From the NCBI GenBank assembly GCA_963665275.2, contig CAXXIN010000013.1:224001-288000 (forward strand): 64,000 nt of DNA. Reading direction: 5' to 3'. The notes under the pieces were generated by a model. That model worked only from the letters and a program-made list of their open reading frames with translations. It did not search any database and was not told the origin of the DNA. The stretch is from Negativicutes bacterium. GTDB taxonomy: Bacteria > Bacillota > Negativicutes > UBA1444. Positions 26,589 to 37,782 of this stretch are shown here, piece by piece; the stretch's first letter is position 1, and every line of letters starts with the position of its first letter. Made by a program: the position numbers and the translations under genes.

Positions 26589-28154
26589 ATGGTGAACTTG
26601 GTCAAAGTAATCACCGCCCAGCAGGCGGCCCAACTCATCAAGAACGGCGACATGGTCGCAACAACAGGCTTCGTGGGGTGTGGACACCCCGAGGCATTGA
26701 CCGATGCACTGGGAAAACGCTTTCAGGAGGAAGGTTCCCCTCGGGCGCTCGGTCTGATTTATTGCGCAGGTCAGGGCGACGGCAAAGATCGCGGATTAAA
26801 CCATCTGGCCCACGAAGGCCTGTTGAAGCGGGTCATCGGCGGCCACTGGAACTTGTCGCCGAAACTGGGCAAACTGGCAGTAGAGAACAAAATTGAGGCC
26901 TACAACTTCCCGCAGGGGACTCTGGCCCAATGGTTCCGAGCCGTCGCAGGCCGCAAACCCGGCGTCATCACCAAAGTTGGCCTCGGCACCTTCGTCGATC
27001 CCCGGATCGAAGGCGGCAAAGTCAACAGCGTAACACACGATGATCTGGTCAAAGTGCTGGATCTCGAAGGGGAAGAATGGCTGTGGTACAAGGCGTTTCC
27101 GGTGAATGTCGCCCTGATCCGCGGTACCAGCTCCGATGAGAACGGCAATATCTCCATCGAACGCGAAGCGATGTCGCTGGAATCATTATCGATGGCGCAG
27201 GCCGCCAAAAGCTCGGGCGGCATTGTCATCGCGCAGGTCGAACGCATCGTCGCCAATGGATCTCTGGCCCCAATGAGCGTGAAAATCCCGGGGATCAGCG
27301 TAGATTATATCGTAGTGGCAAGTCCCGAACAACACATGCAAACCTTCAGCGAACAATACAATCCCGCCTATAGCGGCGAAACCCGGATACCCATGTCCAC
27401 GATCAACACAATGGAAATGAGCGAACGCAAGGTGATCGTGCGCCGGGCAGCGATGGAACTGATCCCTGATGCAAAAGTGAACCTCGGCATCGGTATGCCG
27501 GAGGGCGTGGCGATGATCGCCGCCGAAGAAGGGGTGGGCGATGCCATGACATTGACGGTGGAAAGCGGCCCCATCGGCGGCGTTCCTGCCGGCGGACTCA
27601 GTTTCGGCGCTTCCGCCAATGCACAGGCGATTCTCGATCATCCTAACCAGTTCGATTTTTATGACGGCGGCGGCCTGGATCTCGCCTTTTTGGGGTTGGC
27701 CGAAACCGACATTCATGGCAACATCAACGTCAGCAAATTCAAGGGCCGGGTCGCCGGTTGCGGCGGGTTCATCAACATCACGCAGAACGCCAAGAAAGTC
27801 GTTTTCTGCGGGTCTTTCACCGCAGGCGGACTGAAAGTGGCAGTCGCCGATGGAAAACTAGCCATACTCGAAGAAGGAAAGGCGAAAAAATTTCTCAAAC
27901 AAGTTGAACAGATCACTTTCAGCGGCGAGTATGCGAAAGAAATCCGTCAGCCGGTTCTATACATCACCGAGAGAGCGGTATTCGAACTGCAGCCTGCCGG
28001 AATGGTGCTGACCGAAATCGCGCCGGGTGTGGATCTGGATAAAGACGTTCTGGGCCTCATGGAATTCAAACCCATCATTTCTCCCACGCTGAAATTGATG
28101 GACGAACGGCTCTTTAGGCCTGAACCCATGAAACTGGTCCTGAATAAACAATAA
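26589..28154 (+). CDS. family I acyl-CoA:acetate/3-ketoacid CoA transferase (YdiF/Pct type)
   Basis: [30 protein letters not shown], catalytic TVESG and [10 protein letters not shown]. Confidence 0.93.
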   Translation: MVNLVKVITAQQAAQLIKNGDMVATTGFVGCGHPEALTDALGKRFQEEGSPRALGLIYCAGQGDGKDRGLNHLAHEGLLKRVIGGHWNLSPKLGKLAVENKIEAYNFPQGTLAQWFRAVAGRKPGVITKVGLGTFVDPRIEGGKVNSVTHDDLVKVLDLEGEEWLWYKAFPVNVALIRGTSSDENGNISIEREAMSLESLSMAQAAKSSGGIVIAQVERIVANGSLAPMSVKIPGISVDYIVVASPEQHMQTFSEQYNPAYSGETRIPMSTINTMEMSERKVIVRRAAMELIPDAKVNLGIGMPEGVAMIAAEEGVGDAMTLTVESGPIGGVPAGGLSFGASANAQAILDHPNQFDFYDGGGLDLAFLGLAETDIHGNINVSKFKGRVAGCGGFINITQNAKKVVFCGSFTAGGLKVAVADGKLAILEEGKAKKFLKQVEQITFSGEYAKEIRQPVLYITERAVFELQPAGMVLTEIAPGVDLDKDVLGLMEFKPIISPTLKLMDERLFRPEPMKLVLNKQ

Positions 28155-28177
28155 AAAATAAGGGGGAAGAAAATCAC

Positions 28178-29035
28178 ATGGCAATCAAAAAAGTACTCGT
28201 AATCGGGGCCGGTCAGATGGGCAGCGGTATCGCCCAGGTCATGGCGCAAGGCGGCAGGGATGTCGTCATCAGGGATATCAAGGACGAATTCGTCCAGAGA
28301 GGTATCGCCGGAATCAATAAAAACCTGACCAAGTCCGTCGAAAAAGGCAAGCTCTCCGCTGAAGAAAAAGAAGCGATCATGAAGCGGATCTGCGGCGTCG
28401 TGGACCTTGATGCAGCGGCCTGCAACGTGGACCTAGTGGTCGAAGCCGCCGTGGAAAACCTGGTGCTGAAAAAAGAAATCTTCCAGACCCTGGACAGCTT
28501 GTGTCCGGCGCATACGATCCTGGCCTCGAACACGTCTTCCCTACCGATTACGGTGCTGGGCTCGCTGACGAAACGTCCGGCTCAGGTCATCGGCATGCAT
28601 TTCTTCAATCCGGCCCCGGTGATGAAGCTGGTGGAAGTGATCAGCGGCCTGGCTACATCGACGGAAACTTTTGAAGCCGTCAAAGAGCTGGCCGTAGGGC
28701 TGGGCAAATCCCCCGTCAACGTATCGGATGCGCCGGGATTCATCGGCAACCGGATCATGATCCCGATGATCAACGAAGCGATCTTCACGCTGGCCGAAGG
28801 AGTAGGCAGCGCGGCGGACATCGACACGGTGGCCAAGCTGGGCTTCAACCATCCGATGGGACCGCTGGAACTGTCGGATTTGATCGGCAACGACACGATC
28901 CTCTACATCATGGAAGTGCTGTATGACGGATATGGCGATACCAAATACCGTCCCTGTCCGCTGCTGAAAAAGATGGTGCAGGCCGGCTATCTGGGACGCA
29001 AGAGCGGCAAGGGCTTCTACGACTACAACAAATAA
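28178..29035 (+). CDS. hbd: 3-hydroxybutyryl-CoA dehydrogenase (NAD type)
   Basis: [18 protein letters not shown] (Asp), [16 protein letters not shown] and G.NHPMGPL. Confidence 0.95.
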   Translation: MAIKKVLVIGAGQMGSGIAQVMAQGGRDVVIRDIKDEFVQRGIAGINKNLTKSVEKGKLSAEEKEAIMKRICGVVDLDAAACNVDLVVEAAVENLVLKKEIFQTLDSLCPAHTILASNTSSLPITVLGSLTKRPAQVIGMHFFNPAPVMKLVEVISGLATSTETFEAVKELAVGLGKSPVNVSDAPGFIGNRIMIPMINEAIFTLAEGVGSAADIDTVAKLGFNHPMGPLELSDLIGNDTILYIMEVLYDGYGDTKYRPCPLLKKMVQAGYLGRKSGKGFYDYNK

Positions 29036-29106
29036 ATTCCATGCCAGAGTGTTAAAAAGCCAAGGCAGGCCCGCAAAAGCAGGCCTGCCTTTTGGCAGTA
29101 ATCGAT

Positions 29107-29142
29107 AAAAAAACCGCCTGCATTTTACGCAGGCGGTTTTTT
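29107..29142. terminator. bidirectional terminator between hbd and atoE
   Basis: AAAAAAACCGCCTGC..GCAGGCGGTTTTTT; a second hairpin lies at ~29060-29097. Confidence 0.8.
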
Positions 29143-29153
29143 AGGTAAACAGA

Positions 29154-30575
29154 CTACTTCATAATGGGCGGTATGTACGGCAGAGTTTCCGCCATCAGCC
29201 ACAGTAGGAACAGCACGACGGGAGTGTGGAAGATTAGCTGCAGCACGGAGAATCCGGCCAGATCGCGCGCTTTCACACCGGTAAGTCCCATGAGGGGCAG
29301 CATCCAGAAAGGATTAACGAAGTTGGGCAACGCTTCGGCCGCATTGTATACCTGAACCATCCAGGCGAGATTGACTTTGAGCTCGTTGGCAGCCTGCATG
29401 ATATAGGGTGCTTCAACGATCCATTTGCCGCCGCCGGAAGGCAGGAACAAGCCAAGAATGGCGGAGTAGGCGCCGACGATCGGAGCCAGGGTGTCTTTGT
29501 TGGAAACATTGACAAAGAAATGTGCCAGTACGTCATTGAGGCCCGATCCCATCATCATGCCGAAAATACCGGCATACAGAGGAAACTGGATCAAAACGCC
29601 GCCAGTGGCAGGGATCGACTTGGCCGCCGCTTTGAGGAACGCCCGCGGGGTCCAGTGCAGCGCCATACCGGCAATCAGGAACATGAAATTGTAAACGTTC
29701 AGGTCCAGCGCGGCCAGGCCGCCTTTGGTGGAGAAAATGAAGTACAGATAACCGATGCCGAGAAGCACCATGATAATTGTAAGGATAGGGCTGAATTCGA
29801 GCCATTCACCAGGAGTTTTCGGTTTTTCGTTTTCGTCGCTGGGGGGGTCCTGCAGGCTGATACCAGCCATTTCAAACGTTTTGGTACGATTGGGACTGGG
29901 ATGAGACATATAGCAGATTGCGCAGGACATGACCACAAGCACGGTGATCATGGCCAGATTTTGCCAGGTAAACAGGGTTTGATCCAGACCGATTGTGCCG
30001 GTGATTTTGTACATGGCAGGCGGAATGGACGCCTTGGTGACCATGAGCAAAGCTGCCGAGGAAGACAGTCCCAATGCCCATACGCTGCCTAGGCCCAGAT
30101 AACCGGCTGCGCTGATGGCGCGAAAATCGACGTTGGGAACGCGACGCGCCACTTCACGCATCAGGAACCCGCCGAAGATCAGGCTGAAGCCCCAGCTGAT
30201 CAAGGATGCCAGCATGGCCATGAAAGCCACATAGGCGACGGCAACTTTCGGCGTTTTTGGCACTTCCGCCAGCCGAATGATGAGTTTTTGCACAGGCTTG
30301 GCCACTGCGACAATATAGCCGCCAATAACAACAAAGGCCATTTGCATGGTGAAGGGGATGAGGGTCCAGAACCCGTTGCCGAAGTCGGTGGCAATTTTCA
30401 ACGGAGTCTTGCCCATGGCCAGCGAGCCGAGGGCAACAATGACAACGGCGATAAGTGCGAAAACGTAGGCGTCAGGGAACCATTTTTCGCTCCAATCGGC
30501 CAGCGCAGCCCCCATTCGGGCCAAAATTCCCTGTTCTTCCTCGTCAGCTAGATTCATCTTTTTCGATTGTTCCAT
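29154..30575 (-). CDS. atoE: short-chain fatty acid transporter
   Basis: W.EKWFPDAYVFA, F.MQMA, IQFPLYAGI, PSGGGKW and NPFWMLP. Confidence 0.9.
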   Translation of the reverse strand: MEQSKKMNLADEEEQGILARMGAALADWSEKWFPDAYVFALIAVVIVALGSLAMGKTPLKIATDFGNGFWTLIPFTMQMAFVVIGGYIVAVAKPVQKLIIRLAEVPKTPKVAVAYVAFMAMLASLISWGFSLIFGGFLMREVARRVPNVDFRAISAAGYLGLGSVWALGLSSSAALLMVTKASIPPAMYKITGTIGLDQTLFTWQNLAMITVLVVMSCAICYMSHPSPNRTKTFEMAGISLQDPPSDENEKPKTPGEWLEFSPILTIIMVLLGIGYLYFIFSTKGGLAALDLNVYNFMFLIAGMALHWTPRAFLKAAAKSIPATGGVLIQFPLYAGIFGMMMGSGLNDVLAHFFVNVSNKDTLAPIVGAYSAILGLFLPSGGGKWIVEAPYIMQAANELKVNLAWMVQVYNAAEALPNFVNPFWMLPLMGLTGVKARDLAGFSVLQLIFHTPVVLFLLWLMAETLPYIPPIMK

Positions 30576-30699
30576 AAAATGTAACGCTCCTTTCAGACTT
30601 TTAATAAAATGAGAATGATGCCGCTACGATCAATAGTTTGCTTTCCTCCTTTTGATTTTATTTGTTCCGGTCGGAAACCAATGTTTCAAGTATTTATAG

Positions 30700-30715
30700 T
30701 GCATTTTTCGTGCCA
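30700..30715 (-). promoter_or_regulatory. sigma54 promoter of atoE
   Basis: TGGCACGAAAAATGCA. Confidence 0.75.
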
Positions 30716-30821
30716 AGCAGCGCCAAAGGCTGCGTCTCTCCCTAGGAAGCCTGATGCAGAGCATAACGAAAGCCAAATCGCAGTGCGCGGCAGTCAAAAT
30801 CCCCAGCAGTTACTCAAATTA

Positions 30822-30859
30822 TTCGCACAATTTTGCACAGCTGCGCAGCATTTTTCACA
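30822..30859. promoter_or_regulatory. candidate AtoC upstream activating sequence
   Basis: TTCGCACAATTTTGCACAGCTGCGCAGCATTTTTCACA, tandem TGCACA/TGCGCA boxes ~110-145 bp upstream of the sigma54 site. Confidence 0.5.
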
Positions 30860-30983
30860 TCTAGGCCTTTATTGCTGTGGCAAAATGCACATTACCTGAA
30901 AACATTTTTCACTCCCAACGAAAAAACGCCCCCGAAGAACTGCAAGTCCTTCGAGAGCGTTTTGAAATTTGGCAAACGTCTTC

Positions 30984-31724
30984 TTATCCTCTTTGTCGCG
31001 TCAGCTCCCAGAATCGTTGCAGCAGCCGGCCTCCGAATGGATTTTCCTGCACGGAAGATCGGATGGCTGCCACATCGCGCCCCGCCCGCAAGAGCGCCTG
31101 CTCATCCTCGGCGATGCAAGCCTGCTCAATCTCCGCCGTGAACTCCGGGTGAAACTGCACTCCCCACAGGTTGCCGTTCACAACGAAAGCATGATGCGGT
31201 TCGAATTCGTTCCGGGCCAGCAGCATAGCCCCCTGCGGCAGCCGCAGGACCGTCTGGGCATGGGCGACATGGGCCATAAATCGCTGCGGCATCGCACCCA
31301 GCAGCGGATCGCGCCGGCCGGCCGCAGTCAGCTCGATTGCGGCCGTGCCGATCTCAACCCCTTGCGGATGGTAACCAACTTCTCCGCCCAACGCGTATGC
31401 CAGCAACTGGTGCCCGTAGCAGATGCCCAGCACCGGCAGCGAACCGGCTGGAATTCCGCGCAGCCATCCGGCCGTGAATTCGCTCCATTCCGCCCGGTCC
31501 GTGACCATGGCATGCGATCCGGTGATCACAACCCCGCTGATTTCCTCATAAGCCGGCAGCCAGAGCCGCTCGGTCACCGGCGCCACCAGCGTGTCGGTGA
31601 TTCCCGGCAGCTGGTTCAGGATGTATTCGTCAAAATCTCCTATCTGTTCGATAAGCGTGGGCAGCGCCGACCCCGTCTTGATGATCAGCAGCGGCTTTCT
31701 GCCTGATCGTGATGTTTGTTCCAT
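30984..31724 (-). CDS. class I glutamine amidotransferase
   Basis: ITGS, LGICYGHQLLA.ALGG and VQFHPE catalytic triad motifs. Confidence 0.9.
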   Translation of the reverse strand: MEQTSRSGRKPLLIIKTGSALPTLIEQIGDFDEYILNQLPGITDTLVAPVTERLWLPAYEEISGVVITGSHAMVTDRAEWSEFTAGWLRGIPAGSLPVLGICYGHQLLAYALGGEVGYHPQGVEIGTAAIELTAAGRRDPLLGAMPQRFMAHVAHAQTVLRLPQGAMLLARNEFEPHHAFVVNGNLWGVQFHPEFTAEIEQACIAEDEQALLRAGRDVAAIRSSVQENPFGGRLLQRFWELTRQRG

Positions 31725-31819
31725 CAATTTCCCCTCCGAATGAACAAAGCCCAAAAACATCCCTGTTTTTGAGCTCCATTGCTTATTATATAAATTATAT
31801 ACCACGTTTGGCATTTATT

Positions 31820-32371
31820 TCAAGACTCTATTGCCGCGATCCATTCGTCCGTGGGAAGCACTCGGGAGAACCGCATCGCCTGTGTAATGAGGATTGCCTT
31901 GTGCAGCTGGGCCGCAGTGATCGCACCGGCATAGTTGGTGATATCGAGGGTTCCGGTGGCATCGGACAGAAATTCCACCGCGAATCCGAGATGAACCGCC
32001 TGACGGGACGTAGTATCGCAGCACATCTGCGTCATGTAGCCGCAAATGACGAGTGTATCGACTTCCAGTCCGCGCAGCGTCGCTTCCAGCTCCGTGCCTG
32101 TGAAACTACCTGGCAGCTGCTTGTCGATAATACACAAATGTTCTTTGTTCTGCAGCTCGTCATGGATTTCCCAGCCGTTGCTGCCCTTCAGGAAAACCGC
32201 CGCATCTTTTTGCGGAGATCCGTGGCGAATCAGAATGACCGGTATTGCATTGCGGTTCGCTGCATCCACGGCCGCCAGGATATGAGCAAAGCTTCCCTCG
32301 GGATATGTCACCGGCATTTTCCCGGTAAAGTATTCATTTTGAACGTCGATTACGAGCAATGCTCTTTTCAT
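31820..32371 (-). CDS. cysteine hydrolase (isochorismatase family)
   Basis: ALLVIDVQNEYF, K....SF.GT.L and GYMTQMCCDTT.R. Confidence 0.9.
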   Translation of the reverse strand: MKRALLVIDVQNEYFTGKMPVTYPEGSFAHILAAVDAANRNAIPVILIRHGSPQKDAAVFLKGSNGWEIHDELQNKEHLCIIDKQLPGSFTGTELEATLRGLEVDTLVICGYMTQMCCDTTSRQAVHLGFAVEFLSDATGTLDITNYAGAITAAQLHKAILITQAMRFSRVLPTDEWIAAIES

Positions 32372-32386
32372 TGATTTCACTCCCAT

Positions 32387-33026
32387 TCATTTATTTTCGC
32401 TCTTTCTCAGGGATAACCCGTCGTTGCGAATATCCTGCGCCCGCTTGCCCATGATGCGAAACGCCAGCTGTATCGACGGGCCCAGTGTGAATACCACGAT
32501 GATCGTCCCCACTCCAATCGGCCCTCCCAGAAGAAATCCCAGCAGCGTGACGGTCGCTTCGATCGCGGTTCGGACTTTCCACAGCGGCCAGCCTGACCTA
32601 CGGATAGCCCCGACCATGAAGCTGTCGCGCGGACCGGCGCCCAAGGAAGCCGACAAGTAGAAAAAGCTCCCCCCAGCCAATCACGAGAACTCCCGCCAGC
32701 AAAAGAGCAAGTTGGCTGGCCATCTGTCCCGGCAACGGGATGAAGTTACTACTCATAAACATGTCAATAAAGACCCCGATAAAATAAAGATTGGCAATCG
32801 TTCCCCAGCCAGGTTTGATTCCGAGAGCCAGCCCCAAGCCAACCACGATGACCCCTGTCAATTGGGATACTTGACCAACAGTAACCGGGAAATAATTGAT
32901 GAGTCCCAGGTGCAGCACATCCCATGGAGCGGTACCCAGGTTACTCCGGATCGTCATCACGATGCCCAGACCAAACAACAGCAAACCAAAAAACAGATAC
33001 GCAACTCGTTGAAACACTTGATCCAT
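32387..33026 (-). CDS. YczE/YyaS/YitT family membrane protein (one frameshift, probably a sequencing error)
   Basis: LG.APWDVLH.G...PGWGTI.N in one frame and LGAGPRD..M...GGP.GVGT in the next; switch at a G6 run (32669-32674). Confidence 0.8.
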
Positions 33027-33229
33027 CCCTTCGCAACAAACGTCATTTTCCCTGAGCAATAGCAAAATTATACCATGTGCGCCGCAAGGTTTTCCTATTT
33101 ATTATCACGATATGATAATAATCCGCTCCACTGTTTGTATTTCTACGCTATTGAAACCGCTCATCAGCCGGTATAAGCTGAACTTGAGTAACCGTCAAAA
33201 GAGTTGGACTCCCAGAGGAGGTAGCAGCC

Positions 33230-33871
33230 ATGCTGATCAACTACTTGTCCGGTGGATGTTTCATTGCCAGCATCTTTTTTATTATCGGGTTATGGTTCGG
33301 CACTCTTCGAGGGCACGAAATTTATCAGCACAAACGGGCATTATTGATCTTCATCACGTTGGTGACGATTGCACTGCCTGTTGTGACGTTTCTGGCGGTT
33401 AGCACCAGCAGTCAGTCAAACCATGCAGAAACATTTGCGAGATATGGCGCGATTGCCGGCTTTTTGATCGCCGCTCTTTATGTCGAATATTTAATGCTCC
33501 CCAAGAAGGTTAGGCGTGCGCCGCTCGCCTCTCCAGCCTCCACGGAGCAATCACAGTCCCCGCCCAATAAGCCGCTCGTTATTTATCGCGACCTGCGTCT
33601 CAGTCTCTATTTTATCATCTTGCTGTTACTTATTTTGTTCCCGCCCTATTATGAGAGCTGGACCCATAATCGCGCCTGGGTGTTTATCGGTTCAGGCAAT
33701 GTACGGCCATTCTTTGTTTTGGATCTCACGTTTCTCCTCTACGAGTTAATACTGACGGCAGCCGTGTGCTCAGGACTCGAATTCTGGATGGTCAAGAGTC
33801 AAAGCGGCACTGAAACCCCAAGGGAGGTCAAACGAATAAAAAACCCTCGCTCGCACTGGCGACCACTGTGA
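33230..33871 (+). CDS. hypothetical membrane protein (~5 TM)
   Basis: GGAGG RBS; several hydrophobic segments; no family recognised. Confidence 0.6.
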   Translation: MLINYLSGGCFIASIFFIIGLWFGTLRGHEIYQHKRALLIFITLVTIALPVVTFLAVSTSSQSNHAETFARYGAIAGFLIAALYVEYLMLPKKVRRAPLASPASTEQSQSPPNKPLVIYRDLRLSLYFIILLLLILFPPYYESWTHNRAWVFIGSGNVRPFFVLDLTFLLYELILTAAVCSGLEFWMVKSQSGTETPREVKRIKNPRSHWRPL

Positions 33872-33925
33872 CGGCAATCACAAGATTTCTTATGGTCGCC
33901 GCGCAAACTTCGGCGTTTACTTCCA

Positions 33926-34519
33926 CTATTTCGCCAAATAGCCCTTGTCGATGCACTCCTCTATGATAGCGTCCACCAAATCCCCCAGGGGGCCGGATAC
34001 CTCGCGGGTCGCCTTATTGCGTTCCCTGACCTTGTCGCTGGTTATTCCGTGTTCTTTCCAGGACTGCCCCTGTGTTGAGTAGTGGAGCAACAGTGGTTGC
34101 AGGCGGTCCAGCACGCCGGCGAAACGGGCTTCCGGTGTCTCTCCGGCTTCGAACTCCTCCCATAGTTGCAGAAGCTCCTGCGCCTGATCCGGAGGCAGTA
34201 TGGGGAATACCCGTGCCGCCGCCACTTTTTCACGCGCGATCTGATCAATGCCCGACTCCACATCGTAGCAGTAGGTGTCTCCCGCATCAATCTCCACGAG
34301 GTCGTGAATGAGCGCCATTTTCATCACCCGTAGCACATCGAGAGAGCTGTCGCCGCCAACATGTTCCGCGAGCAGCACGGCCATCAGCGCCAGGTGCCAG
34401 GAATGCTCAGCGTCAGTCTCATGTCTGGATTTGTCCGTTATGATATTCTGTCGGTATATCCGCTTTAATTTATCTACTTCTATAATAAATTCGATCTGCT
34501 GTTTGATGCGCGTTTCCAT
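33926..34519 (-). CDS. HD-domain hydrolase (HDDC2/YfbR-like)
   Basis: DKLK.I.RQ, ETDAEHSWHLA, HDLVEIDAGD and DRLQP. Confidence 0.88.
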   Translation of the reverse strand: METRIKQQIEFIIEVDKLKRIYRQNIITDKSRHETDAEHSWHLALMAVLLAEHVGGDSSLDVLRVMKMALIHDLVEIDAGDTYCYDVESGIDQIAREKVAAARVFPILPPDQAQELLQLWEEFEAGETPEARFAGVLDRLQPLLLHYSTQGQSWKEHGITSDKVRERNKATREVSGPLGDLVDAIIEECIDKGYLAK

Positions 34520-34645
34520 TGATTTTTCTCCTATTGCTTCTGGTCTCTGCGCTAAATATTACACAAGGTTCTCTTTTTGTCAATTTGTGTATGAGTAAAA
34601 AGAAGACCTGATCCCCAGTGAAGGGGTCAGGCCTTCTTTTTACCG

Positions 34646-35113
34646 TTATTTGGCTACTGTGGCGGACTCGAGGCTCTCAACATCTTCGATTGACAGGATT
34701 TTTTCCGGGTCCAGTATAACAATCAACCGGTCATCCACTTTGCCAATCCCTTTGATATAGCTGTTATTGACGCCGGTTATAAAGGCGGGCGCATTTTGCA
34801 GTTCAGCATCATCGATTCTCACAATATCCGTGACTTCGTCGACGATCCATCCACATACCGAATCATTGACATTCAACATAATAAACTTACTTTCGTCTGA
34901 AAGCGCCTTTTCGGCAAACCCGAATTTCATGCGCAGATTGTAAATAAACTTAATTTGTCCCCGTAAATTAATCATGCCGGCGATTTCTTTGGGCATGCCC
35001 GGCAGAAACTCTATTTTGAACTTCTTCGAACGCAATATGCCGTTTACGGCTGAAGCGTCGATGCCATACTCCTGGTTGTCCAATGCAAACACGACCAATT
35101 GAATATTCGCCAC
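34646..35113 (-). CDS. cheW: chemotaxis adaptor CheW
   Basis: QLVVF.L..QEYGI, GMINLRG, G.IVDEV and IKGIGK.D.RL..ILD. Confidence 0.9.
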   Translation of the reverse strand: MANIQLVVFALDNQEYGIDASAVNGILRSKKFKIEFLPGMPKEIAGMINLRGQIKFIYNLRMKFGFAEKALSDESKFIMLNVNDSVCGWIVDEVTDIVRIDDAELQNAPAFITGVNNSYIKGIGKVDDRLIVILDPEKILSIEDVESLESATVAK

Positions 35114-35139
35114 AAGCCTATCCTCCTCCCCTGTTATCG

Positions 35140-36210
35140 TTACACTTCGCCTGCGAGATCGTTCAATTGTTCCGTTAAACTCAGCAATTCTTGAACACTG
35201 GCGGTAACTTCTTGAATGGCGGCGGCCTGCTGTTCGACGATCGAAGTGGTTTCATTTCCCATAGACACGGTTTTATCAACCGATTCTTTGATGCTTGTGG
35301 TTAGTTCTTTAATTTTGCCGACAGTTTGTTTGGAATCCCCCGAAAGTTTTCGGATTTCCTGGGCCACCACGCCAAATCCCAGACCGGCCTCACCGGCGCG
35401 GGCCGCTTCAATCGCCGCATTCAACCCCAACAAGCGGGTCTCATCGGCAATATCTTTGATGAACTCCATGACTTCGTCAATCTTTCCGGTTACGGCATTA
35501 ACATTTTTGATTTCCTGATTCAAACTGCTTTGAGTACCACTAACACTAGTAGCCGTTGCCGCTAATTCTTCCATGGTCGCAGAAATTTGGCTGACCCCGT
35601 CACTGAGGGTTTCCACAACCGCTTTCAATTTACGCTGGTGATAAGCAGACTTCGACATGCTGTTCGCAACATCGAATAACACATTGGCAGCCGCTTCAAT
35701 GCTCTCCTTGGAAAGTTTGCGGATCTCATGCACCGCTTCAATATAGCCGTCCTCGTCGACTCCAATTTCGCTCGCAATTTTTCGATACTTGGCATCATCC
35801 GGCAATGTTGTCAAGACTTGTCCGCCCAGAATGGTGCCAATGAGCCGCCCTTCCAACATAATCGGCGCCGCGAAATCAATCAGCCCCGCATGGCATTCAT
35901 AAACGACCGGTTTACCGGTTCTGGCCGCTTCTTCTCCGCCCTTGCGGTGAGATTCCGCACACCGCTTGTCGCCGCATTCCGTCGAATGCGTATAATCCAT
36001 ACAGAAACGGGTATAACTGCTGGGATTGGTAACGGGAGTTCCGTCCGGATCGACCGTCACGCTGGCCAATCCGACTCCTTTGGCAAAATCGTCCTGAAAT
36101 CGTTGAAGAAATTTAAGATCAATCACATCTGCCAGCTTAATGTTCTGAATATCTGAAGTCTGCCGCCCCCAGTTATTATTTTGTTGTCCCTTAGCGCTGT
36201 TCGCTTGCAT
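35140..36210 (-). CDS. soluble methyl-accepting chemotaxis protein with a PocR ligand-binding domain
   Basis: LQRFQD.FA, FC...[16 protein letters not shown] (PocR); [30 protein letters not shown]; no TM helix. Confidence 0.9.
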   Translation of the reverse strand: MQANSAKGQQNNNWGRQTSDIQNIKLADVIDLKFLQRFQDDFAKGVGLASVTVDPDGTPVTNPSSYTRFCMDYTHSTECGDKRCAESHRKGGEEAARTGKPVVYECHAGLIDFAAPIMLEGRLIGTILGGQVLTTLPDDAKYRKIASEIGVDEDGYIEAVHEIRKLSKESIEAAANVLFDVANSMSKSAYHQRKLKAVVETLSDGVSQISATMEELAATATSVSGTQSSLNQEIKNVNAVTGKIDEVMEFIKDIADETRLLGLNAAIEAARAGEAGLGFGVVAQEIRKLSGDSKQTVGKIKELTTSIKESVDKTVSMGNETTSIVEQQAAAIQEVTASVQELLSLTEQLNDLAGEV

Positions 36211-36374
36211 CCTTTTTTCCTCCTCAATGCTTATGGGTGGGTCACAATTGATTATTGTTTTAATATTCGCCGTATTTAAGCATATTCCTGCTTTAGCTCA
36301 TAAAGAAGCCCCCATACCCATCAGGGCTTGGGGGTTCTTCTATTATTGAGGAAATGCTTTATTTATTTCCAGTC

Positions 36375-36845
36375 TTATCCTCTGCGTTGGTAGGGATTTT
36401 CGTCCTTTTTCTCCTTGCTGGTCCGATAGCGCGTCCATGCATACCGCAAGCCGAACACAACGAGGAATACAAGCATGAGGTTAAAGAGGACCCCGATAAT
36501 CTCGGCGAACATGCCGTTGGAACCGAAGCCGAACATATTGCCCAGCATACTGCCTAGCAGCATGCCGCCGCCGATCATCGCGGCATTCCGCAGGAAACTG
36601 CTGCCGGTCGAAGGCTGCGCCGCTTGCTGCGGTTTGGCTGGCGTCGCTGGTGCTTTGTTATTATAGCTGTTGGCAGGCGCTGACGGTTTGTAGCCCGGGG
36701 CCGTGCTGGGTGATGTCGGGGCCGCCGGCCGCGAAACGCTTGGCGTTCTGGGTGCCGAGCTGCCTTTGGAACCGCTGACCGCAGCAAAAGTCATGGACTG
36801 AAACGCGAACAGTAACAAGAATGTGAATAGCAGTATCTTTTTCAA
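36375..36845 (-). CDS. hypothetical exported/membrane protein with Pro/Ser-rich linker and Gly-rich helix
   Basis: AGGAGG RBS and TTG start, signal peptide, GGGMLLGSMLG, C-terminal TM helix. Confidence 0.65.
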   Translation of the reverse strand: MKKILLFTFLLLFAFQSMTFAAVSGSKGSSAPRTPSVSRPAAPTSPSTAPGYKPSAPANSYNNKAPATPAKPQQAAQPSTGSSFLRNAAMIGGGMLLGSMLGNMFGFGSNGMFAEIIGVLFNLMLVFLVVFGLRYAWTRYRTSKEKKDENPYQRRG

Positions 36846-36846
36846 G

Positions 36847-37125
36847 TTATTCCTCCTTGTGGGTTTTGACATCTTCGGGGAAGGCATAGATGTCGGCCAA
36901 CGTTGACAATTCCCCCGACAGATACCGGTCGATATCATGCACATCTACATAGAAAGTGCAGGCGACTTCCAGATAACCCTGCTCCTTTCCCTGACTGGCA
37001 TCGCGAATTGCCAGTAATTTTTCCCTCAGCTTCAGGCATTCTGCTTCCGATGCCTGAACCCCAAGTGTGACCAGGGGCGTTCCATAGTCGTGAAGTACAT
37101 CAAGCAAACTGAGTCTTTCGGACAT
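36847..37125 (-). CDS. hypothetical protein
   Basis: AAGGAG RBS, 92 aa, abuts the next gene. Confidence 0.6.
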   Translation of the reverse strand: MSERLSLLDVLHDYGTPLVTLGVQASEAECLKLREKLLAIRDASQGKEQGYLEVACTFYVDVHDIDRYLSGELSTLADIYAFPEDVKTHKEE

Positions 37126-37259
37126 CGTTCATTCTCCTTTTTCATCTTACCTATAGCATACAATTTTCATTGTACGCCACTCCATTATTAAAGCATACTT
37201 ATAGCCCTCTTGGCAAAGGGAGCGAATACTCCAAACGGCATTGAAGTGCGGCGCCCTCT

Positions 37260-37757
37260 TCAATATTTGAGCGCCAGATCCCAGCGCTGTTCGATCAGCA
37301 GGTCTTTCCATTCATGGTTTTCTTTTTCCTCGGTCAGGGTGAATCCATCCTTCTGGTACAGATGGACGGCGGCATCCAATCCTTTAAACGTCCATAGCAT
37401 GATGTGCGTGTAGCCTTTCTGCCGGCAATAGTCCATCAAGGTCTCCATCAGTCTGCGGCCGAGGCCGATACCGCGAAACTCCGGTTCCATCAGGAACCAG
37501 CGCAATTGCGCGGTAGTCTTGTCGATTTCCACCAGCCCGATAAATCCGGCGATAACGCCGCCGACTTCAGCCATCCAGATTTCCCCCTTGGCTGGCTCCT
37601 CCAGAAACTTGCTCAAACTCTGCAGCACATATTTTTCAAAGACATGGTCAAACCCGTATTCCCGCGCATACAATACGCCGTGCCGATAGGCGACGTATCC
37701 GGCATCTCCGGGTTGATAGGTTCGGATGGTAATGGGAGGATTTTTTCTTAAGGGCAT
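37260..37757 (-). CDS. GNAT acetyltransferase
   Basis: HG.LY..EYG, AQLRWFL..P..RG.GLG and A..LY.K.GF. Confidence 0.88.
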   Translation of the reverse strand: MPLRKNPPITIRTYQPGDAGYVAYRHGVLYAREYGFDHVFEKYVLQSLSKFLEEPAKGEIWMAEVGGVIAGFIGLVEIDKTTAQLRWFLMEPEFRGIGLGRRLMETLMDYCRQKGYTHIMLWTFKGLDAAVHLYQKDGFTLTEEKENHEWKDLLIEQRWDLALKY

Positions 37758-37782
37758 GGGTTCCCCCTCCTTCTATGATGAA

